Origin: Balanoglossus misakiensis
Taxonomy: Eukaryota; Animalia; Hemichordata
Length of the DNA stretch: 64,000 nt
Direction: 5' to 3'
NCBI GenBank assembly: GCA_040954595.2
Contig: CM082594.2
Location: forward strand, 5,317,319 to 5,381,318
Shown in pieces: positions 53,001 through 61,158 of the stretch. Numbering within the stretch: position 1 is the stretch's first letter; every line of letters begins with the position of its first letter. The notes beneath the pieces were generated by a model. That model saw nothing but the letters and a program-made list of their open reading frames with translations, did no database searches and was not told where the DNA came from. Both the position numbers and the translations under genes were made by a program.

Positions 53001-54337
53001 CCAGTGTGTTCCAATACATGTTTCTCTAGCCACGACGGAACGTGTGATGACGGCAGTGATATCTTGCACACTAAAAGATGTGATTGGGGCACGGACTGCG
53101 CTGACTGTAGAGCGCATGGTAGGACCATAATTATATCAATGATCGTCATATCAATGGCAATTCTGTGACCATTATATGAAGACCCATTATACCAATGACC
53201 CCTATTAAATGATCCTGGCATCAAAGACACTAAATCAATGGAGCATTCCCAACTACGTGACCATTATGCCAACGTCCAATATACCAGTAACCATATTATC
53301 AACCACTGTATCAATATATGAATGTCCATTACATTTTAAGAGAAAAATGTCAATTTTTTTTCAAAACCATTTCGTAAACGATCAATACATATCACCCAGC
53401 AGGTACTCATTTTCACATTTCCACTTTTCAGTGCCTTGGCGACAAGATGGTCGGTGTGGACCAGATTATAAGTTGCGAAATTACAATCCAGGAGAATGTG
53501 ATCCAAACAGTTTATCACCGTGCTGTTCAGCAGATGGATGGTGTGGCAACACAACTTTGCACTGTGATTGCCCCACCTGTATCAATTATAGCAGTATGTA
53601 TGGCAATATTAACAGTAATTTTGTATTCATAGGCTTGATTTGCCAACAAGTGGCCGCACGCATGGTGGCCATATTGCATTTTCGTTTATATATAATGATA
53701 GATAATGATAGACCCATTGGGCTGAAATGGTTTATAGAATTTGTTATGTAAAATTTATCTCACTTACTCACCCACCCACCCACCCACTCTCACTCACTCA
53801 GTCACTCACTCAGTCACTCATTCATTCATTCATTCATTCATTCATTCATTCATTCATTCATTCATTCATTCACCCACATTGTCATCTTAATCGTTTTTTT
53901 TTGCATTTCATTTCAAAGTTAAAAAATGGCGCGATGATGGAAGGTGTGGTCCCGGTTATCTGCTGCCCAACGGTGACAACGCCGAATGCGACCCATACAG
54001 TCCCACCGCTTATTGCTGCTCTGACTTCGGCTGGTGTGGCGGAACTGTAGCTCATTGTTACTGCCCCGAATGTACAGACTACTGTGGTAATGTAAAATGT
54101 TCAAATTTATTGGCTTCGTAACAAGTTAGGCAAAAATGGCAGCCGGTCCACGCCGTTTTTAGTCTTCACAGATGTGTGTGATTAATTTCTGTGCGCAAAA
54201 ATACAAATGACCTCATTTCTTCAGTCCACCTTTTGCACAAATTGTGATACTATGATTATTTTCGTCTTTTGGGCACACATTTCCACTGACACTTTTCTGC
54301 TTTCTTTCCCCCAACAGCTCGTCACTTGGTTCTGTAA
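46915..54337 (+). CDS. Secreted cysteine-rich multidomain protein (6 hevein/chitin-binding type-1-like + 6 six-Cys DGxCDDG/GTDCxDC modules), 19 coding exons, 678 aa
   Basis: join(46915-47010,47309-47330,47671-47802,48092-48205,48519-48686,49079-49246,49480-49532,49839-49869,50210-50347,50568-50681,50995-51156,51541-51708,51941-51987,52285-52306,52647-52784,53005-53118,53432-53593,53919-54086,54318-54337). All introns are GT-AG with compatible phases; total 2037 nt with no internal stop. Signal peptide MIYLRILLSLLVFVHAHG; AATAAA at 54432. Confidence 0.85.
47309..47330 (+). CDS. Unit 1 microexon (22 nt, one Cys)
   Basis: tttcatttcag|YAEDCIT(G)|gtaagt; converts phase 0 to phase 1. Confidence 0.8.
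47671..47802 (+). CDS. Unit 1 exon A, six-Cys module
   Basis: GRICNEDCQGLSDNGYCNDRGDGSYYNANRDCKFGTDCKDCGVR; acceptor ctttccag; donor G|GTTGGT placed by homology with units 2 and 3. Confidence 0.8.
48092..48205 (+). CDS. Unit 1 exon B, six-Cys module
   Basis: VCSNTCFESNDGACDDGGDGWETRTCTWGTDCHDCYAH; symmetric phase 1. Confidence 0.85.
48519..48686 (+). CDS. Unit 1 exon C, hevein-like eight-Cys module
   Basis: RPWRPDGRCGPKKHHTLPNFNPGECDPNSLSPCCSADGWCGNTTLHCDCPTCINYS; CCSxxGWCG is the chitin-binding type-1 core. Confidence 0.88.
48864..49034. repeat. (CACT)n/(CATT)n microsatellite in the C-D intron (paralogous tracts at ~51325-51490 and ~53760-53875)
   Basis: Read directly. Confidence 0.95.
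49079..49246 (+). CDS. Unit 1 exon D, hevein-like module with extra C-terminal Cys
   Basis: IQKWRDDGRCGPDYPLPNGDPAECNPYSPIAHCCSEFGWCGRTVAHCYCPSCKDYC. Confidence 0.88.
49480..49532 (+). CDS. Junction/linker exon, unit 1 to 2
   Basis: ccccaacag|ARHLFDFVNTTRSPDHWQ|gtggga; phase 1 to 0; weak donor. Confidence 0.7.
49839..49869 (+). CDS. Unit 2 microexon (31 nt)
   Basis: NAEPCVTALT(G)|gtgagt; carries a 9-nt in-frame insertion relative to the other copies. Confidence 0.78.
50210..50347 (+). CDS. Unit 2 exon A
   Basis: GRICNDNCTAYSGNGVCEDGGEPPEEGGRIIRDCLIGTDCRDCGPR; donor G|GTAATT. Confidence 0.85.
50568..50681 (+). CDS. Unit 2 exon B
   Basis: VCSNTCSSSHDGTCDDGSDILHTKRCDWGTDCADCRGH. Confidence 0.85.
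50995..51156 (+). CDS. Unit 2 exon C (hevein-like)
   Basis: VPWRQDGRCGPDYKLRNYNPGECDPNSLSPCCSADGWCGNTTLHCDCPSCINYS. Confidence 0.88.
51541..51708 (+). CDS. Unit 2 exon D (hevein-like)
   Basis: IKKWRDDGRCGADYPLPNGDPAECNPYSDTAYCCSAFGWCGRSVAHCSCPTCKDYC. Confidence 0.88.
51941..51987 (+). CDS. Junction/linker exon, unit 2 to 3
   Basis: cccccaacag|ARLDGVNSTRSPDDWK|gtatga; phase 1 to 0. Confidence 0.78.
52285..52306 (+). CDS. Unit 3 microexon (22 nt)
   Basis: YAEPCVT(G)|gtgagt. Confidence 0.8.
52647..52784 (+). CDS. Unit 3 exon A
   Basis: GRICNDNCTAYSGNGVCEDGGEPPEEGGRIIRDCLIGTDCKDCGPR. Confidence 0.85.
53005..53118 (+). CDS. Unit 3 exon B
   Basis: VCSNTCFSSHDGTCDDGSDILHTKRCDWGTDCADCRAH. Confidence 0.85.
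53432..53593 (+). CDS. Unit 3 exon C (hevein-like)
   Basis: VPWRQDGRCGPDYKLRNYNPGECDPNSLSPCCSADGWCGNTTLHCDCPTCINYS. Confidence 0.88.
53919..54086 (+). CDS. Unit 3 exon D (hevein-like)
   Basis: IKKWRDDGRCGPGYLLPNGDNAECDPYSPTAYCCSDFGWCGGTVAHCYCPECTDYC. Confidence 0.88.
54318..54337 (+). CDS. Terminal coding exon
   Basis: cccccaacag|ARHLVL* (TAA at 54335-54337). Confidence 0.8.
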
Positions 54338-54431
54338 ATGTGAATACTAGCGGGGCAGATTATTAAGGAATATAACGGCGATGGTATCTGTAAAATTGAG
54401 TCAATTTGATTTATGGGTGTAATGTAATTTC

Positions 54432-54437
54432 AATAAA
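54432..54437 (+). terminator. Polyadenylation signal of the cysteine-rich gene
   Basis: AATAAA (overlapping AATAAATAAA) ~95 nt after the stop, followed by T/GT-rich sequence. Confidence 0.7.
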
Positions 54438-54930
54438 TAAACGCACAAATATCTGTTCATATCCGTTCCATCATTCATAAGCACGTTTTGTATGTCAGTT
54501 ATGACATTGTCACTTCAGGGCCGTTAGTCTACCAGCAATGGAAACACATACCATCAAGATTTCTACAAAATTTAGTGCTTGCTCTTGTATTTTGGACCGC
54601 ACAAATGTGATCAAGATGAATTTAATTTGTTTGTACATTTTTATCTGCACAGCACGTGTGTTGTACGCGCCGTAATTGTTAACACAATTTTGGCTGAGAT
54701 TATGATGTTGGATGAAGACATAGCGAAGAAGTGAACACAAAAAATTAGTTCTCCTGTTAAATAATTGTAAATGTGATTTTATGAACTTATCAATAAAGCG
54801 ACTTAAACACGCATAAAGTGGACTTGTTTCTTTAAACATGACGGATTTCTATATACTCTATTTTGTCCCAGGTAAATTATACTATCAAACAGGAAAAAAA
54901 TACTGAAAAATAGCCACAGCGTATACACAG

Positions 54931-54936
54931 TTTATT
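54931..54936 (-). terminator. Candidate polyadenylation signal of the GPCR
   Basis: TTTATT on the plus strand (AATAAA on minus) ~1.3 kb past the GPCR stop; an alternative lies at 55479-55484. Confidence 0.4.
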
Positions 54937-55925
54937 GAAAGAATACTAATAAATACAAAACAGACAATATTTTTTTAATCGCGAGCTGCAATGTAGCAAA
55001 ACAATGATGACTGGCTGTCACAACTCACACCCCGCACGGGATAACATCTACTAAGATCATACCATAATATTATTGACGGATCCGTGTGTCGAAATGTGAA
55101 CAAAACAAAACAAAGATAGGAAAAGACATTTGGTTTACACCATGCGAATCAGTAAAATTCATATACACATAAAAAAAACAACGACTACGTTAAAATGTCT
55201 TAGGTTGAAAACCGTTTACCGTTCAAAAGTACTGAAATAACGCTCATTTTTTTAATTCTCGGGCGACAAAAGTACATGTTCAATAAATGAACGTTTAAGA
55301 GCAAAATAATTTTTGGGCAGTCATACCATTTTTTTCTTTACGGGACCTACATTTGAATGTACTATAGCAGACCCAAAAAGGAAATACATGATGTACGTGT
55401 AAACTCAGTTGACCTTTCACCTACATTTAATATCCTGTGATTTGACACAGTAAGGAAAAAAATATTTAGAGTTGAGAGTTTATTTTTTTATGAGGTACAC
55501 TTTACTTGAGTATTTTATGTCACACAAAGATAACACGGCAAAAGTTGTTTATATGTCTTGATGTGTGTTTTTTGTTAAATAATGCGATGCACAAAAATCG
55601 TGCAATATAGAGTGACGTGGAGCGATCAGAAATGGATAGCTGTGTCATTGGGAAGGTGGGAAGACACGCATGTGGGTAGGTAGGTAGGTTGGTGGGTGGG
55701 TGGGTGGGTGGGAGGGTATTGAATAAAACAAGATCAGTCCAACTACGCACCGTTCCAATGGTGAAACTAGGGCATGAATAATATTGATAAGCTCGATTAG
55801 CTTAATATGAAGATCCTCCGCGCATGTTCGAAGTTTTTAGGAATAAAGCTGTCAATGAAACCTGACGCTTGTTTTTCCCCACTAAGATGGTGGGTGGGCA
55901 GAAGAGGCATGGTACTTGTATCAAG

Positions 55926-56098
55926 CTAGACTCTCTCACAGCCCCTCTCGTCGTCCATGCAGGCTTATGGACTGATTGCATGTGTGCCCGGCGAGAGGTT
56001 CACTACACAACACCATATGGGGCTTCTCCTTTGCTAAACAGTTGAGGGCGCATCAGTGAAGAGCCTTGTAGCGAACCGTGGGCTGTGAGAGAGTCTAG
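55926..56098. mobile_element. 173-bp MITE with perfect 19-bp terminal inverted repeats
   Basis: CTAGACTCTCTCACAGCCC (55926-55944) and GGGCTGTGAGAGAGTCTAG (56080-56098); flanks gtatcaagc / gtaggaatcaagc resemble a degenerate target duplication. Confidence 0.85.
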
Positions 56099-56232
56099 TA
56101 GGAATCAAGCGTAAAACTGTCCAACTTTTGTTTCACAATTGCACAGAAATTCAATTGAGGCAGGCGTTGACAGTCAGTCTCTGAATGCACCGCAGCAATC
56201 GTCTGCGCAAGTAAGACTTAGAAACTTGGACT

Positions 56233-58588
56233 TCAAGTGGGCGTTCCACGCTTGAAGCAAACCAGCTCCATGACCGCCCTTCTGTACTCTTGGTTGGCAA
56301 AGACATAAATGATGGGGTTGAGCATACTGTTCGTGTACAGGAGCCAGTGGAGGGCTATGATGAGGCCGTGGGGCAAACTGGAGGGCAGAAACACCAGAAG
56401 GATGTAGGTGATTTTATACGGTAACCAGCATATGATGAAACAACCAACGATCATGGTCAAGACTCTGGTCGCCTTCCTATCTTGGGTCGATTCAATTTTC
56501 CGCTTCCTCTGGCGTATTTGCCTCACGTAATCGAAAACGTCCGTCCGGGTTGCCGCTCCCCTGGTCCGCAGATCAGGAATCTCCGCCTCGCTGTCCCGTT
56601 TGCCAACGTCGCGTTCCATGGGCATCTGGTCAATGTCGCACAGGTTTTTGAAGTCGCTGATTGTGTTGTGGGACCTGCGCATTTTGGATTCGAAGGTCTC
56701 TTTGGTCGTCTCTGTCCTGACGGCCAACTCGATCAAGTCTCGGTTGGTGTCCTTCAACAGCATGTCTCGGATGATGGACGCCTTTCTCAGGTCGCCCTTG
56801 GGTGAGCGCGAGGGCGCTGTCCCGTCCGACTCTCCGCCGACTCCCAGTACGAGGCTCTTGCGGCGTCTTCCCGTCGGGGATGGTGGCGGCGTTCCGCCGG
56901 GGGAATACATCCCTGGACACTGAGACACCCGGCGGATGTTTCTCCGGCACGTTGGGGAGACGGCCAGACTCCACCTGCGCTTGCCGGAAATGTTAGGAGA
57001 AGGTTCCCGCTCTAACAAAGACGACACCCCAAGACTGCCCCTCCTCGTCTGCTCCACCGACGTCACAACTAAACTCTGGCGGCGGTTCTGGCAAGGGGAC
57101 ACTGCCCTTCGCTTTCCATAGATTTGTCGAACAGTAAAGTCGCTCATCGCGAAGCTGGTCTCATCAAAGTCAAGCGCAGACTTCTTTTTGAGAAATTTGT
57201 TCAAACGCGGTGAAAGTAAGCGATCGGTTTTGTATAACGGGTCACGGGGACTCTCGTTCCCATAGGAGAAATCCGGCATGGTCGATGCAGCCCCGTCTTC
57301 TGCGCCGCGATGGTCGTTACCGGCGTCAACCTCGCTGTCTGTTCTGTCCGAGCCATCGATCGACAATTCTCGTATGACTTCGCGAAGAATCTCGTCGGCT
57401 TGGTATGGCGTTTTATTTCTTAAACCAGAGTCAGTTTGGCACTGACTCAACTTCGATCTACGCTCTTCGTGGTCACTTTTCCCGTCGTCATAAGTGGGTT
57501 CCTTCAAGTCCAGCGCGACCTCGGAAGCCGAAGTCTTTTCTCGCTCTCGAGCGTGCGCATGTTTGGCGAAGAACAATCTCTCATCGGAACTCACGTCCAA
57601 ATCTGAAACTTGAAGATCCTGTCGGCTGATCCTTCGCCGTTTCTGTCTCCTCTCGCCGTCTGCCTTGTTGCCAGGGGCGGCGGACTCGGCCACCTCGCAC
57701 GGTGCCACCGCGTTCACCGAGATCACCATGTTCGTCCGTTGTTCTTGTACCACCGAATCCCTCAGGTGGACGTCCGCGAACACTGTGTGGGTTTGCTCGG
57801 CATGAGTGGACTGTAGTGAGTTCAGAATGGATATGTCCGCGTCGCTGTGTGATAACCGCGTCGACATGTCAGCCATCGAGAAGCATTGGTCGTCGGAGGG
57901 CTTCAGGTTGGCCAGCAGGTTGTCAAGGCCGGACTCGCTGCTCAAAGATGTCGGTAGGATGCACTTGAACGATTGCAGTCTCACGTTTGTGGACCACTTG
58001 CGCGTCGATCTGGTTTCCATGGAGGGCACACTGCTGCACGTTGTCGAACTGGTGTTGCTTCTGGGCAAGCAGGAACCGGGTCTACCAACGATGGTGTCCA
58101 GCGAAGATCGGCGTCGACTGCGTCGGTACATGTCGGTTTTCGTCAAGTCAAACGAATTCGAAGTCTTTATTTTCAGCCCAAGTGACTCCATGAAAGACTT
58201 TGCTCGCATGCTACGCGGGAACATCTGGCTGGTCGGGCAGGAGTTGGAGCGTCGCGGCAGCCGGGAGACGCTGAATCGGCGGACCACCGTGTTTCGGCGC
58301 CGGAATCGAAGCCGCGCCAAAACTTTGGATATCCGCCAATAGATAGTCAGCATCGTGACAAGCGGGATGTAGAAAGTGAAAACGTCCACCACGATTGTGA
58401 AAATACCCGTCTTCTGATTGGTTACATTCACTGGTGCAGCCTCGTCCAAGCCAATGAAATGCTTCCACAGTACCATCATAACACTCAGAACCACGCAGCA
58501 GAGAACCCACATCACTGCTATCGTTACCAGGCAACGGCCACGTGTTCGCGTGCGCAGAGATTTGATTGGATGTGCCACTGCATTGTAT
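56233..58588 (-). CDS. Aminergic class A GPCR, exon 2 (ICL2-TM7, very long ICL3)
   Basis: Acceptor ttccag|A TAC completes DRY. TM5 TFYIP..MLTIYWRI, TM6 KATRVLTMIVGCFIICWLPY, TM7 WLLYTNSMLNPIIY, helix 8 NQEYRRA; stop at 56233. Confidence 0.95.
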
Positions 58589-60802
58589 CTGGAATTTGAG
58601 GGGGGGGGGAGTACAAGTTTTAGTAAAAAATCTGCAGACTACGAAAAAACCCGAAATGTCAAAAGAAACACAATCACGTCCAATTTACAAAGCCTATACA
58701 CAGAGGTTAAAATGGAGTGTCTTTACATGACTATGTGGCGTCGCACTTTTTACGGTTGGATCCCCAAGCAAAAATCTGTGACTGACAGATCTCCACCTTC
58801 CATGGCATCTATGATGGTTTAGCTTACATATGTGATGACTGTGCAGTCAACATTAAAACATTCCCTTTTTAAAAAAATAACGAATATCAGAAAGACAGCT
58901 ATCAAACATTTTGGTGACAATAACAACGCACGAATTTTTCAGGACTTTGAGGTATTTTTGTAAGTAAACGAGAAATTTTGAAAGGACGTTGAACGTCAGT
59001 TTTGCGAGTCTAATTTTATTCTCAACGCCTTATTTTTGTCCTAAGGGTGGACAGACATAAAAGCACACGAGACTAAAAGAAAGAGCGGTTGTCAAAACAA
59101 GTTGCACACACAATCCCTGGGAGGTACAATTACCGTTGGACCGGATCGCCAATACAACCAAAAGGGGGAAATCTCGCGGTACACTTCCTTGGAGGGGGGT
59201 GGTTACGCCCCCGGTATAATTAATGATTTTATCTAGAGACCACAATTCGTGGCGATATGACACTCATATTCTCCACGTACGACCCCCACGGAAACTGTTT
59301 ATACCCTGTAACGAAAACAATGCTAGTCAGAAAATCAGCGTCTAAATTCTCAGAATAGTGAATTTATCTCAATTTTAACACATTCTACTCCTTTGTGGGG
59401 GGTACTGAGGCGTTTTAATTCATATTAAATTCAGATGCGATTTTTCCCACTGTCGTATTCGGCAATCAATTAAATCCATAGCCCATATTCGCGTCTTTAG
59501 ACTACGATGTTCTGCTATGATTTTTCCTGAAAATTTCGTACATGGTGTACCATTTTCACGTTAACATTTTCCACGTACTCCACAATTTTCGATGGTCCGG
59601 ATTAAAACTAGAAAAATGACGAGTTACACTTTGCAACTTTGCAAGGTTTAATGAGCAAAATGCAACCGTTCTTAATCGCCAAGGTTACTGTAGACGATTC
59701 CATGCTAACAGTTCATCCCTATGGTAATCAATGAATGGTCTGGGATTTCGAGAAGAGCGTTCGGCTGCAATTAACTGAAATGATTTCGACTTGAACTCCG
59801 TCAGACCTTCCGAAATGGACAACACGGTAGGAGGTTGAATTTTCGATCTTGGTTGATCTTATCCATAGAAGTTTAGTCGGCGACGCATAAATGGCATATA
59901 GGTGGACATTGTATTTACGCCCAATGACGGGGCATGCCACAATCCCACAAACCAAAGAACATCACTGTTGCAATTATTAACGCGATGTTGTTTTGTTGTC
60001 TAATTTCCGTGGCAACCACGGTGACGTTATACCCTCAGCGGATTAGCTATAGTGCAAAATTGGAAATCTGAAGGTAACGGGCGATATACTAGTAGTTTGT
60101 CTACAGAGAGGAAACATGGTGGTATGGCAACGGATGTTGACTCAACCGGAAACAATCGCTCGAGCGCTGATATACGCAAGTACTAGTACATACAATCAAA
60201 TAAAATTTCGCGGGTTTTGGATCAACTACTGGCAAAGAATAGACCATTTTCCGAACTCCACGAGACCCTGCGAGATCTCGCGAGACTAGGCAGTCTAAAT
60301 GGGAAGATATGCTCATGTCCTACAGGACAAATAAAACATGGCCCATCTTAGTGTTCAACGACACAAAAGTTACAAGTTCTCCTTTCGAGCGTACTGATTA
60401 TTGCGTTGGAAATCTTTAAAACGGAAATTTCGTTTTAATACTTTTTTGTGCATTTTTCATTTTGCAAGCTCCATTTAATAAGAGGGATCGCTCACTTCAA
60501 GAACGTTGAAGCTATTGCCTTCACGCACTGCATGATGGTTACATAAATTTGCGTCAACGGGTTATGATAAATTTGTTGCGAAACCAAAGCACAATATGTT
60601 GTACAAAAAAGGGAACAGTTTAGGATCAATATGCAAGTGCCCCCCCCCCTCCCCCACATCATGCAAATTGATATATCGACTCTCACCGACACCGCACTGT
60701 TCAAGAAACTCCATGAACTCTGTCGTCAACTCAAACTGTTTACCAAAAGAACAAAATTAAAACCTCAAATCACTTCACTATGCAAACCGACTGTTCACCT
60801 AC

Positions 60803-61158
60803 CGATCAATGCTCAGGGCGCAGATATTGAACACTGAAGCCGAACAGTAGACGAAATCAAAAGTTCTCCAGACGATCCAGGCGGTTTCGCCTAGCAACCA
60901 CTCGCCGGCAATCTGGTAGGCTATGTACGGGGGCATCACAAAGCAGCCGACGCAGAGGTCGGCCACGGCCAGGGAGATGAGGTAGTACGCGTTGACTTTT
61001 CTCAGCTTTTTGGAGCTGGTGATGGCGACGATGACCATCACGTTGCAGAGGATGGTCACCAGGCAGACAAACGTCAGCAAAACGCCAAGGCTGAGTTTTC
61101 CCGTCGAAGTCAGAGTTACAGCGGAAGCTGCGTCCGCATCTGAAATATTCGCCTTCAT
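60803..61158 (-). CDS. Aminergic class A GPCR (histamine/muscarinic-like orphan), exon 1 (N-term to TM3); full protein 903 aa
   Basis: ccaacATG start; NIS sequon; TM1 TILCNVMV, TM2 SLAVADLCVGCFVMP, TM3 WRTFDFVYCSASVFNICALSIDR with D3.32. Donor CG|GTAGGT (phase 2); 356+2356 = 2712 nt in frame. Confidence 0.95.

Larger units (their letters stand above)
46981..54328 (+). repeat. Tandem triplication of a ~2.4-2.5 kb unit (46981-49502, 49503-51957, 51958-54328)
   Basis: Introns and exons align colinearly across three copies; near-identical spurious ORFs recur in the track (e.g. 50198 vs 52635; 48296 vs 50772 vs 53209). Confidence 0.97.

Noticed and set aside
46981-54328. Triplication as a pure assembly artefact or three separate genes
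   Set aside because: The copies differ by many substitutions and frame-preserving exon indels, and there is only one signal peptide and one stop/poly(A). Long-read confirmation is still desirable.
56482-58822. Plus-strand ORFs overlapping the GPCR exon
   Set aside because: Antisense shadows of a GC-rich coding exon.
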